DNA of 64,000 nucleotides from a virus: positions 31,133-95,132 of IMG/VR virus record IMGVR_UViG_3300042691_032331; one strand, written 5' to 3'. The notes under the pieces are model-generated. The model was not told the DNA's origin and made no database searches. It saw only the letters and a list, made by a program, of their open reading frames with translations. Shown here piece by piece: positions 37,599 to 46,418 of the stretch (its first letter is position 1; each line of letters starts with the position of its first letter). Position numbers and translations under genes: made by a program.

Positions 37599-38935
37599 AA
37601 TCCCTCAAATAAATCTTCAAGTGTTTCTTCCATAATTGGCATAAAATCAGGATCCTTTGAAAGATATGTGTCCTGATCAGTATACTTGACTTTAAATTTT
37701 CCTTTATTAGTGTATACACTTCGTATATCATCAATACAAACTATATTTCTATCTAAGCTATCAATAAAATCTTTGTACGTTGTTGTATGTTGTTGACATA
37801 TTTTAGCAGTATTACTATTGCTTTGTCTTGGTTCAAATGCATTAAAACAGTTGTTCCATTTATCAAAGTTTGTTATTTCTTGTGCAACTACTTTGTCGTG
37901 CTTACCTTCTTTATAATAACTCTCCGCAGTAGGAAACCTATCGTAAACATCTTTAATTACTTTTGTTGCCCATTTTTTATCCGTTGTATAAAATAACTCA
38001 CTATCAAAATTCTTTGTCCATCTCATTTTTTCCATTGCGATTGTGGGCAATTGACTTATTTGTTCAATAAATGCTAATCCATAACTTTCAACATTACTAG
38101 GATTGAATGCAACTCTGCAACTAGTAATGAAATCAACCTTCTCTTGCCCAATTACACCTACTGCAATTTTATAATCAACTCCTATTTTTTTCAATCTTTC
38201 TTCAAACTTTTTAGCACCGTTTGCATTGGTCATTACTCTAGCAGGTAGTTTAGTTTCTTCTATTACTTTAAGATAAATTTCGGGGTTTTTGCCTTCTTCC
38301 CATCGACCAATAAACAATACACCCTCACGTGGTTTATCATGTTTTTGTAGTAAGCCTGTTTCGGTGAATGGGATCGGTAAATGCCAAGCACCATTATCGA
38401 TTTCTATTTGATTAAATTTACTTTGTGTGCCAACATAGATGTCACTCATTTCTAATTGCTTACGCATCATTTCGTTAACTGAATTTAGAAATGGATTGTG
38501 TAATGTGTTGGGGAAAATTTGACTTTCTAAGTGTGTATATGCAATGATTTGAATAACATCTTCAAAACCCATTGTGCTTGCAACTTGTACGGTCTCATAT
38601 GTGTTACAAACTAATACATCATATAAGTTAGCACTTAACGCAGTAATAATTGCGTTACGAAAGTTAGCCATCCGTTCGTAGCAAAAGCTATCGCCATACA
38701 TAAAAATACTACTGTGGTTTGTATACGCATACGATTCCTCAGGATAAATAATGTTAGTGTTTAGTGATTTGATAAAATCATTGTCTTGTGGTTTTTTGTC
38801 AGTAATAATATCAACCTTAATATTATTTTCTTCCATCATTCTGATAAAGCTTTTAGTAAATTGACCAATACCACCATGTGGTACTAGTGTTTGATAACTA
38901 ACTAAAAAACCAATTCTTTTATCGTAAACTCTCAT
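37595..38935 (-). CDS. GT-B (GT4-like) glycosyltransferase
   Basis: PHGGIG, LFIGRWEEGKN and NPSNVESYGLAFIE motifs. Confidence 0.85.
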   Translation of the reverse strand: MRVYDKRIGFLVSYQTLVPHGGIGQFTKSFIRMMEENNIKVDIITDKKPQDNDFIKSLNTNIIYPEESYAYTNHSSIFMYGDSFCYERMANFRNAIITALSANLYDVLVCNTYETVQVASTMGFEDVIQIIAYTHLESQIFPNTLHNPFLNSVNEMMRKQLEMSDIYVGTQSKFNQIEIDNGAWHLPIPFTETGLLQKHDKPREGVLFIGRWEEGKNPEIYLKVIEETKLPARVMTNANGAKKFEERLKKIGVDYKIAVGVIGQEKVDFITSCRVAFNPSNVESYGLAFIEQISQLPTIAMEKMRWTKNFDSELFYTTDKKWATKVIKDVYDRFPTAESYYKEGKHDKVVAQEITNFDKWNNCFNAFEPRQSNSNTAKICQQHTTTYKDFIDSLDRNIVCIDDIRSVYTNKGKFKVKYTDQDTYLSKDPDFMPIMEETLEDLFEGL

Positions 38936-39780
38936 GTTCCCCATTCATTTTTAAATAGTGGTACTTGTAGTCTATCACTATAACGCAATCCATGTTTCAT
39001 TGCAAGTTCTGCTACAGTTCTATTATTGTAATGATACACACTTTCTACACCACCTACTGGCATCAGATATACATGACCACTGAAGCCTTCTTTTTTATAC
39101 AGTTGTATAACTTCTAACGCCTCATCAACATCATCTTTTGTAGCAACTACAAACTTAAGATAAGTATGACCTAAATCTTCATATTCACGAACAATGTCAG
39201 GACGTATTGCTTCTTCTCTAAGTTCGCCACTTACACTTAGTTTAGGACTCACACTGAATGTTAGATTATGATAACCATTTTTATGTGTCCATCGATATAA
39301 AAATAGTTTAAAGTCTGGTTGAAGTTTCTGTGTACCATTTGTTTCAAAAGTAATATCTCTACATTTCTTCATATTTGGTCTAGACAATAATTCTTCATAA
39401 CTGCGTTGCCAGCCTAATAATGGTTCACCACCTGTAATAACTAAGTGTTCACTACGCCATTCCTTAAATGGCAATGATCCTACTATAGAATCTGCAATAA
39501 CTTCTACATCGTACATTTTACTTAAATCTTTAAACGCAGGGTGCCAACTTGCATAGCTATCACATCCAGTACTAACAAGAGGTAGTTCGTGATAGAATTT
39601 AAACTCATGTACACGCTTTGCAACTTTATCTGCTTCAGTAGAACATTTGCCAGACGGCATACCAAATCCACTGCATGTAAAGTTACAACCATATGTTCTC
39701 AAGAAAACTGAGGGCACACCCATAAATCTGCCCTCACCTTGTATGCTATAAAATAATTCTGCTACTTTAATTTTACTCAT
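38932..39780 (-). CDS. queE: 7-carboxy-7-deazaguanine synthase (radical SAM)
   Basis: ELFYSIQGEG, FLRTYGCNFTC...CDS, ITGGEP, ETNGT and SVSPKL motifs. Confidence 0.9.
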   Translation of the reverse strand: MSKIKVAELFYSIQGEGRFMGVPSVFLRTYGCNFTCSGFGMPSGKCSTEADKVAKRVHEFKFYHELPLVSTGCDSYASWHPAFKDLSKMYDVEVIADSIVGSLPFKEWRSEHLVITGGEPLLGWQRSYEELLSRPNMKKCRDITFETNGTQKLQPDFKLFLYRWTHKNGYHNLTFSVSPKLSVSGELREEAIRPDIVREYEDLGHTYLKFVVATKDDVDEALEVIQLYKKEGFSGHVYLMPVGGVESVYHYNNRTVAELAMKHGLRYSDRLQVPLFKNEWGT

Positions 39781-40051
39781 AAATTTTTGACCATTGTTTA
39801 AGTTTTTCTTTTTTTCTTTCTTTTGCTATTTCTAGATTCTGTGATGATATCACATCTTGTTCTAATAGTATATCTATTAAGGCTAACACATCACCAATTT
39901 CCATTTCTAACATGGTTCTGTGTGTATGATTCATGTCTGATTTGTAATGTGCAGTATTCAACCCAAATCTACGAATTTTGCTTACTTCTACTATAACTTC
40001 CGCACATTCTTCTTGTAAGATGCCTAACGCTTCTTCTATTTTACTATTCAT
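39773..40051 (-). CDS. MazG-like nucleotide pyrophosphohydrolase
   Basis: QEECAEVI...EMEIGDVL. Confidence 0.7.
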   Translation of the reverse strand: MNSKIEEALGILQEECAEVIVEVSKIRRFGLNTAHYKSDMNHTHRTMLEMEIGDVLALIDILLEQDVISSQNLEIAKERKKEKLKQWSKIYE

Positions 40052-40332
40052 ACATACCTATCTACGAAAATACCTCTGATTGTAGCACGACTTAACAATC
40101 TTTGTTCTTTAATGGATGCAGCAAACTCATATTGTCGTATCCATTCTGTTTCCTTCATATAATGATAATTGTTTATAACTCTATTAGCTTCTTGTATAGA
40201 CAACAAACGATCTAAATCATCATAATATTTTTGTTTGTTTTCTTCTGCAATGGTAGAATTTATAGCACTGAGTCTATGTGATATTTGACTTACTTCATAG
40301 AGCAAAGTGCTTGGAACAGTGTGTATAATCAT
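40048..40332 (-). CDS. Hypothetical protein
   Basis: Coupled ORF. Confidence 0.45.
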   Translation of the reverse strand: MIIHTVPSTLLYEVSQISHRLSAINSTIAEENKQKYYDDLDRLLSIQEANRVINNYHYMKETEWIRQYEFAASIKEQRLLSRATIRGIFVDRYV

Positions 40333-41387
40333 GGGTCAAAATGAATTACTTTATTGTTGTAAAATTCATAAAAATATTCTAAACCTTTTTCCATAGGATT
40401 ATGTACAGGTCCATATTCGCTTGTGTTATTGTTATACAAGAACTTTCTGCCTTTATCCATGCGTTCAGCAATTTCATCATCTTCATAACATGTTTCCATA
40501 TATGCTGCTTGATGTGCTTCTACAAACTCACTTTCAAAATGACAGATATCTTCTGGATAATAAAACTCAACAATGTTTTTTGTTTTTTCTGGACTTATAG
40601 GATGTAATGTCGAAATTACTAGTACATTAGGATACCACTCTACCATGATGTTAGGATAGATAGTTAACCAGATTGCTCCGTATTCAGGAATCTGCCCACG
40701 TGTATAATCAAGTAAGGCTTTATGCCAACGTTTATAAACTGGTGTGCCTGGCGTATTTAGTTTATTTTTTATACCAACTGATTGAACACTATACATATGA
40801 TCGTGTTGCCAAGTTAAGTTGCTACAGTCAACAAAATTTCCTAATCCAGGATGAAAGGGATCAACATGATAATCATCTAGATAAACTTCAATAAACGTCT
40901 TCCAGTTATAATTACATTCATGTTCAACTCTGCTATGAAATTCATAACCAGTAAATGAAAAGTTTTTTACTAGATTTATTTTATTTAGGTGTGATACTAA
41001 ATCAAAATTATTTTTAGCAAATAACATGCCATTCCAATTTTGTATTTGATACTTTTTTAAGTCTTTTTCAGGACATTCATCAAAGTGTGGTGCAGCAATT
41101 AATTTTCCCTCTGTATTGTAAGTCCATCCATGTAATGGGCAAACTAAATTTGCTGCTGGTTTTGAACCTGATAATATAGTTGCTTGTCTATGTCTACAAA
41201 CATTACTAAAACATTCAATTCCATTTTTATTATGTATGAGAAACTTACCATCATTTTCTTGTGGTATTACATAAGTATCGTTCAAATTTTTTACAAATAG
41301 TTCGTGACCTAAATAACTATTTTGCTTAAATAAGTTTTTTTCTTTCTCTAAGATAAAATCATCAAAATAAAAGTGACTTGGCTTCAT
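40329..41387 (-). CDS. Rieske non-heme iron oxygenase alpha subunit
   Basis: CRH...CPLH Rieske ligands; NWK...DDYHVDPFH...EDD mononuclear-iron site. Confidence 0.88.
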   Translation of the reverse strand: MKPSHFYFDDFILEKEKNLFKQNSYLGHELFVKNLNDTYVIPQENDGKFLIHNKNGIECFSNVCRHRQATILSGSKPAANLVCPLHGWTYNTEGKLIAAPHFDECPEKDLKKYQIQNWNGMLFAKNNFDLVSHLNKINLVKNFSFTGYEFHSRVEHECNYNWKTFIEVYLDDYHVDPFHPGLGNFVDCSNLTWQHDHMYSVQSVGIKNKLNTPGTPVYKRWHKALLDYTRGQIPEYGAIWLTIYPNIMVEWYPNVLVISTLHPISPEKTKNIVEFYYPEDICHFESEFVEAHQAAYMETCYEDDEIAERMDKGRKFLYNNNTSEYGPVHNPMEKGLEYFYEFYNNKVIHFDP

Positions 41388-41698
41388 AATTTTGGTATAT
41401 TATATTCTCTTGTATATTGCGAATCTATGCTTCCGCTAACTTTAGGACTAGGATATTTAACACTACTTTCAACTTCAAAATTAAAATGTTTTAATATATT
41501 TCTTTGATCTATTTGACTACCACAAATTCTAGAACATTCTCTAACTATAAGTTCTGCAAATTCTTTTTGATTAACTTGCGGAACACCTAAAATTTCATAT
41601 GTTGATTGTTTCAAAAATTTATCAATTATATGCATCGTGATTCTCCAGTAAAGTACGTGATTGAATATCCCAAAATAATTCTGCTGCCCTTTTAGCAT
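41384..41698 (-). CDS. Small 'FAELIVxEC' family protein (start likely MHIID)
   Basis: EFAELIVREC...ILKHF. Confidence 0.5.
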   Translation of the reverse strand: MLKGQQNYFGIFNHVLYWRITMHIIDKFLKQSTYEILGVPQVNQKEFAELIVRECSRICGSQIDQRNILKHFNFEVESSVKYPSPKVSGSIDSQYTREYNIPKL

Positions 41699-41885
41699 GT
41701 TCTAAAGATATATATTGACCTAAATGTGCTTCATCGTCATGCCTAAATGTATATTCTCCTGTGTATGCAACTGAGTAAAATATTTCTTGCAATGCTATTT
41801 TACTAGCAAATGCAATTATTTTTCCAGTATCTTTATTGTAGTAGTAATATTTGTCACTTACACTTTTCCACTCATAATCATTCAT
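41622..41885 (-). CDS. Hypothetical protein
   Basis: LGQYISLEHAKRA motif. Confidence 0.5.
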   Translation of the reverse strand: MNDYEWKSVSDKYYYYNKDTGKIIAFASKIALQEIFYSVAYTGEYTFRHDDEAHLGQYISLEHAKRAAELFWDIQSRTLLENHDAYN

Positions 41886-42199
41886 TCTTGTTCCTCAAAT
41901 TCAAATTCAAACTGATTATGACCAAAATAGTCTCTAAATTGATCTTTAAAATCATCATCATTTTGAATCCAATGCCTGATTGCATCTTGATCTGTTTCAT
42001 CTAGGTCATAAAAATAACCTCTGAAATAACTTGATTGTTCAATGCTGGCTTCTTCTCTTATTGCTTCAGCCTCGTCCCAATCTTCTTCGTTATCACTATC
42101 ACTTAGTGAATCTGCTTTGATCCATGTATCAAATGCATCATTGTGTGCATCTTCGTTTAGATTATTGATGATATCAAAAGTTTCTTCTAATGTTTTCAC
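41882..42199 (-). CDS. Very acidic small protein
   Basis: D/E-rich, 105 aa. Confidence 0.5.
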   Translation of the reverse strand: MKTLEETFDIINNLNEDAHNDAFDTWIKADSLSDSDNEEDWDEAEAIREEASIEQSSYFRGYFYDLDETDQDAIRHWIQNDDDFKDQFRDYFGHNQFEFEFEEQE

Positions 42200-42711
42200 G
42201 CAAACAAATCCTCATTCCATTCACGATGTCCTTCACGAAAAGCCATATTGCTTTGAGTTTCACGTACTTCTACACGATAACACCAAAGACGTTCAGCTTC
42301 ACCTGGTCCCCACATATCAGGAATATACACGCCATTCACATATTTGTAAAGCATATCGGCTAAGCCCTCACAGCCTAATTTAGGTAGAATGGTTAATTTA
42401 GCCATTTTCTTTTGTTCAAGTAACTTAAATGTTTCCATTTCTGGATCATCCTGTGCTACAAGTAATGTATGGTCAAATTGATCTTCTAATATCTTTTTTA
42501 ATTCTTTTAAGCCACCATAATCAGCAGCCCAATTGCGAACATCTAAATGATCAGTACCAAAATAAAATTTCATATTAAAACTATAACCATGTATTAAATT
42601 GCAATGACTATCAGCACGCCATTGACGATATGCACATGGAAAGCTATCATGATATTCTTTTGTTGAAGTGTATTTGTAAACTCTTGGTGGGTAAATTTCA
42701 TTTAAATACAT
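42196..42711 (-). CDS. queD: 6-carboxy-5,6,7,8-tetrahydropterin synthase
   Basis: AYRQWRADSHCNLIHGY, DYGGLK, FDHTLL and VRET motifs; GGAG SD before MYLNE. Confidence 0.88.
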   Translation of the reverse strand: MYLNEIYPPRVYKYTSTKEYHDSFPCAYRQWRADSHCNLIHGYSFNMKFYFGTDHLDVRNWAADYGGLKELKKILEDQFDHTLLVAQDDPEMETFKLLEQKKMAKLTILPKLGCEGLADMLYKYVNGVYIPDMWGPGEAERLWCYRVEVRETQSNMAFREGHREWNEDLFA

Positions 42712-43039
42712 TATATTCTCCATTAATGAAAGTTTCATATTCTTTTATTTCTTCCATCAACTTTGGAAATTTTTCATGTAATAACTTTGTATGCAATTCA
42801 CTAATTAATGTATCATACAAATCACTATTGAATACATCTTCAGTCATAATTGGTTCTAAATATTTTTCATCCATCCAACTGGGTGGATTTTCAAAGGGAT
42901 AACCAATTAAATTAAGTAAAATATTAAATCGCATTTGACTTGTTACGATTTGTTTTTCTAATACCTCAATTGGCTGTGAAGATAAAATTTCGTATCTTCT
43001 TAAGATTTCTTGTGTTACGGGGTCATTTAAATTTGTCAT
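42698..43039 (-). CDS. Hypothetical protein directly upstream of queD
   Basis: AAGGAG SD before MTNLN; start reassigned. Confidence 0.55.
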   Translation of the reverse strand: MTNLNDPVTQEILRRYEILSSQPIEVLEKQIVTSQMRFNILLNLIGYPFENPPSWMDEKYLEPIMTEDVFNSDLYDTLISELHTKLLHEKFPKLMEEIKEYETFINGEYNVFK

Positions 43040-43105
43040 ACTTTGTCTCCTTTGTAAGCAAGACATGCAGAATTTTTATAGCGGGGTGAATGTCAGTAGA
43101 CCGCT
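43037..43105 (-). ncRNA. Candidate preQ1-class-I-like riboswitch / cis-regulatory pseudoknot
   Basis: AGCGG-UCUACUGACAUUCACC-CCGCU-AUAAAAA-UUCUGC-AUGUC: P1 stem, A-rich tail and pseudoknot overlapping an anti-SD stem. Confidence 0.55.
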
Positions 43106-43332
43106 TATTTTTTATCAAAATATTCTTTATATTGTATATATTTGTCAAAATCTTCTTGACCTAAGAAGAATTTTTTTTGAAAGTTTGTAACAATTTTTAC
43201 ACAGTGCTCTATGTTTTTCTCTGGTAAAGTTTTATTCACAAATTCTGTATTACAACGCCAATATAGATACTCATGGTCTCTAAAACCAACATCATCTAAC
43301 ATCATAGCAAAAACAAAATAAATGTCAATCAT
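43105..43332 (-). CDS. Hypothetical protein
   Basis: Coupled ORF. Confidence 0.4.
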   Translation of the reverse strand: MIDIYFVFAMMLDDVGFRDHEYLYWRCNTEFVNKTLPEKNIEHCVKIVTNFQKKFFLGQEDFDKYIQYKEYFDKK

Positions 43333-43528
43333 TATTTAAATTTGATAAGGTAACTAAAATTTTGACTTGTTCTCTAAGAGAATTTAACATTTCTAAATTA
43401 AGCATAAGTTGGTTAGAAGAATCCATACCCTTTTCTTCTAATACAAATTGTGTCATTACGCTCAACCCATACAATTCTGCCATTTTTGAAATAGCTTTGT
43501 GTAAGGATTCTATATTTTTTTCACTCAT
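43325..43528 (-). CDS. Hypothetical protein
   Basis: Coupled ORF. Confidence 0.4.
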   Translation of the reverse strand: MSEKNIESLHKAISKMAELYGLSVMTQFVLEEKGMDSSNQLMLNLEMLNSLREQVKILVTLSNLNND

Positions 43529-43737
43529 TATTTTTGTTTATATTTACTACACATTAATTCAAATTCAGATGTTTTACTTTGAATTAATCCATAACTTGCT
43601 TTTGGATTCTGTTGTCTATATATTTGTTTTTCTTTTTCTACACATTCATCAAATTTATTTGTGCATCCTACTAATAAAAGTGTTGATAAAATTAAAGTGT
43701 ATTTCATGTTAAGCTCCTTTAACTTGCGCTGTTGCAA
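43528..43737 (-). CDS. Small lipoprotein (start likely MKYTL)
   Basis: Lipobox LVGC. Confidence 0.55.
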   Translation of the reverse strand: MQQRKLKELNMKYTLILSTLLLVGCTNKFDECVEKEKQIYRQQNPKASYGLIQSKTSEFELMCSKYKQK

Positions 43738-44173
43738 CTCTTTTTCTTAAACTACTTGAACTAAAACTATGGTCACGATGATTATATATTATTTCTATAT
43801 TTCTCATCATACATTCTTTTTTGCCACTAAACTCTTGTTCTTTGTATTCAACACCTAGTATACGCACATCTATGGGTAATGTCAATAATATATCTACCAA
43901 ATCTTGTTCAGTTTGATATATTACAACTTCATCTACATAGCGTGTTGCAGCCAATTGAATTTGCCTTTCGACAATACTTTGAACTGGTTTATTTTTAGTA
44001 TCTGGTCTGTCTATTGTTGGATCAGTCTGTAATCCTGCAATTAAATAATCACAATGATTTTTAGCTTCTGCTAACATAGCAATATGACCTGCATGTAACA
44101 GGTCAAATGTACTAAAAGTTATTCCTATTTTTAATCCTTTTTCTTTAAGGTCTTTTATCTTGTTGAATATCAT
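43709..44173 (-). CDS. Cytidylyltransferase (TagD/glycerol-3-phosphate cytidylyltransferase-like)
   Basis: TFDLLHAGH (HxGH), YLIAGLQTD and RDHSFSSS motifs. Confidence 0.88.
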   Translation of the reverse strand: MIFNKIKDLKEKGLKIGITFSTFDLLHAGHIAMLAEAKNHCDYLIAGLQTDPTIDRPDTKNKPVQSIVERQIQLAATRYVDEVVIYQTEQDLVDILLTLPIDVRILGVEYKEQEFSGKKECMMRNIEIIYNHRDHSFSSSSLRKRVATAQVKGA

Positions 44174-44301
44174 TTTCTTTTAATTGACAATCGCACTCAC
44201 TATTGATACAAGCACCTGTGCAGGGTGATCCTGAATTTAACATCAGTACTATAAGACCATACAATACTGCTAAAAATAATAATACTGATATTATGTACAT
44301 T

Positions 44302-44979
44302 TTATCTATTCATTCTTGCAATTTGATAGAACTCATTGCGTACTTCAGGATCAGTTTTGAATCCTCCACCTAATCTAACAGTTACAGTAGAACTACCAGT
44401 ATCTTCTACACCTCTACTTTTAACACAATAATGTTGTGCATCAATCATAACTGCTACATCATTGGTTTCAAGTATAAAACAAAGTGCATGAAAGATTTGT
44501 TCAGTTAGTCTTTCTTGAATCTGTGGACGCTTACTAAAGTATTCAACGATTCTATTAATTTTACTTAGTCCAAGTACTTTTTCTTTTGGCACATAAGCAA
44601 CTGTAGCAAGACCATCAATTACTACAAAATGATGTTCGCAATTACTTTGTACACTTACATTACGTTCTACAACCATCTCATTGTATTTCATTTTGTTGTC
44701 AACAGTAGTGCATTTGGGGAATGCTTCGTAATCAAGACCCCAAAAGATTTCATTGACATACATTTTTGCAACTCTAGTTGGAGTTTCAATTAAACTATCA
44801 TCACTCATGTCTAACCCTAAAGTTTTCATGATTTGATGAAAGTAACCTTCAATAGCATCTATTTTTTCTTTGCGTTCCCACTTGTTAGGTTTCATGGGAG
44901 TTTCTACACCCATTTTTACTAGATATTCATGGACTTTTTGACCCAACTCAGGATCGGTTTTAGTTTTGTTGTATGACAT
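44302..44979 (-). CDS. folE: GTP cyclohydrolase I
   Basis: TPTRVAKM, CEHH, GLSKINR, QIQERLT and HYCVKSRGV motifs. Confidence 0.96.
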   Translation of the reverse strand: MSYNKTKTDPELGQKVHEYLVKMGVETPMKPNKWERKEKIDAIEGYFHQIMKTLGLDMSDDSLIETPTRVAKMYVNEIFWGLDYEAFPKCTTVDNKMKYNEMVVERNVSVQSNCEHHFVVIDGLATVAYVPKEKVLGLSKINRIVEYFSKRPQIQERLTEQIFHALCFILETNDVAVMIDAQHYCVKSRGVEDTGSSTVTVRLGGGFKTDPEVRNEFYQIARMNR

Positions 44980-45055
44980 TTTGATTTCCTTCCTTACACG
45001 GATTTAATTGTTGAAGTTTGCAACCTTTGTGTTGCATAATTATTTATTCTTTCTT

Positions 45056-45670
45056 TTAGTTGATTTTAATTTCTCTACAGTCGGGGTAGTTGTAGAACTT
45101 TTCTTCTTGCGGCGTGATTTCGTTTTTGGTAAAGAGATTGATTCCTCTGACACATTCTTCTGGGCGCATGTAATAGTGAAATCCCAACTCAAATTCACTT
45201 TGTGCAGACCATGGATTGTAGGTGAATATGTCTCGTCCATCCATACGCATTTTACTTGCGGCTTTATAGAAATTGATATCATCTGTTAGTATACATCCTC
45301 CACGACCTATTTGTAAAGGCTTTGTGTGACCAAAACTTAAACATTGAATTTGCCCTTGCTTGTACATATTGGGTTCAAACATTCTTGCACTATCCCATAT
45401 ATTAGTGCCGATAAAATTATATTCATTACGCCATTTTGTATCAGTTAATTCGTAATTAACGCCCAATTTATGCATTGTCATTAATACACTAAGATAAGTT
45501 TTTGCTGGAAATTTTACGGATTTAAAATCTGATAATCTAAAAGCAATTTCTATCGCATGTGTGCAACAATCCGTTGTAATACAATATGGTGCACCTGTGT
45601 ATTCTGATATTATTTTTTCAAAGTGTAATATTGAATTATATGGATTTTTATAATCTTTTACATCAACCAC
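45056..45670 (-). CDS. Short DegT/DnrJ-family PLP-dependent aminotransferase
   Basis: FEKIISEYTG...CTHAI...WDSA...LSFGHTKPLQIGRGG (PLP Lys). Confidence 0.75.
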   Translation of the reverse strand: MVDVKDYKNPYNSILHFEKIISEYTGAPYCITTDCCTHAIEIAFRLSDFKSVKFPAKTYLSVLMTMHKLGVNYELTDTKWRNEYNFIGTNIWDSARMFEPNMYKQGQIQCLSFGHTKPLQIGRGGCILTDDINFYKAASKMRMDGRDIFTYNPWSAQSEFELGFHYYMRPEECVRGINLFTKNEITPQEEKFYNYPDCREIKIN

Positions 45671-46172
45671 TATATGTACCTGTTATTTGTAGTGTATGTC
45701 TAGCTTCTGTTCCAAAGTTTCCTGCATAATGTTCAGTATTGTAATTCCAATAAACATAATCACCTTTATTCCAATTTACTATACCTGTACCATCAACTTC
45801 TAAATAATGTCCACTCTTCCAATCTTCTAAAAAAACTATGCATCTATAAATTAAGTTTGGATTAGTTAACTTATGTACTTCTTGATACCGAGTATATGTA
45901 TCTCTATGTAGTGGTAGTGCTTCTAAAGGATTTTGTTTAAAAAAACTTATGCCTACGTGTTGCCAATCTTTCATCAAAGTTAAAAAGGGCAATGCATAGT
46001 CAGGTGTGGGTTGACTCATATCATAAACTCCACCTGTGTATTTTAAACCTTTCCCATATTTTTCATCCCATATAGGAATCATGTCTTGATTCGGTATAGG
46101 TTTCCAAATATAGTTTAAGTTTTTAAAACTATCATCCCACCATGGGTCAACATGCCCTTGTCCCCATTTCAT
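45663..46172 (-). CDS. 2OG-Fe(II) oxygenase-like protein
   Basis: LPLHRD (HxD)...H...NFG...R.TLQITG double-stranded beta-helix pattern. Confidence 0.7.
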   Translation of the reverse strand: MKWGQGHVDPWWDDSFKNLNYIWKPIPNQDMIPIWDEKYGKGLKYTGGVYDMSQPTPDYALPFLTLMKDWQHVGISFFKQNPLEALPLHRDTYTRYQEVHKLTNPNLIYRCIVFLEDWKSGHYLEVDGTGIVNWNKGDYVYWNYNTEHYAGNFGTEARHTLQITGTYSG

Positions 46173-46381
46173 TTTGTTTCTTCTGTTTTTTCAATTTTCT
46201 TTTCTTTTTTAGAAATCATTGGGCTATAGTCACTAAACATATTTTCTATTTTCCAATTAATAGGTTTCCAAAATTTTGCAAACATATTGTTTAAGAAAAG
46301 AACCATTACGCCCATTAAACAAAATGATAATCCAATGAGTAGTGTACCTACTAAAAATGCTGCTGTATCGTTAATATCCAT
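46169..46381 (-). CDS. Small membrane protein
   Basis: Single TM helix. Confidence 0.55.
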   Translation of the reverse strand: MDINDTAAFLVGTLLIGLSFCLMGVMVLFLNNMFAKFWKPINWKIENMFSDYSPMISKKEKKIEKTEETK

Positions 46382-46418
46382 CTTTATTTTCCTTTAAACC
46401 TTTTAGTTCTGATATGTA

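Noticed and set aside
45008-45289. Short overlapping ORFs 45008-45289 (+) and 45040-45282 (-)
   Set aside because: Alternative frames overlapping the aminotransferase gene; no independent support.
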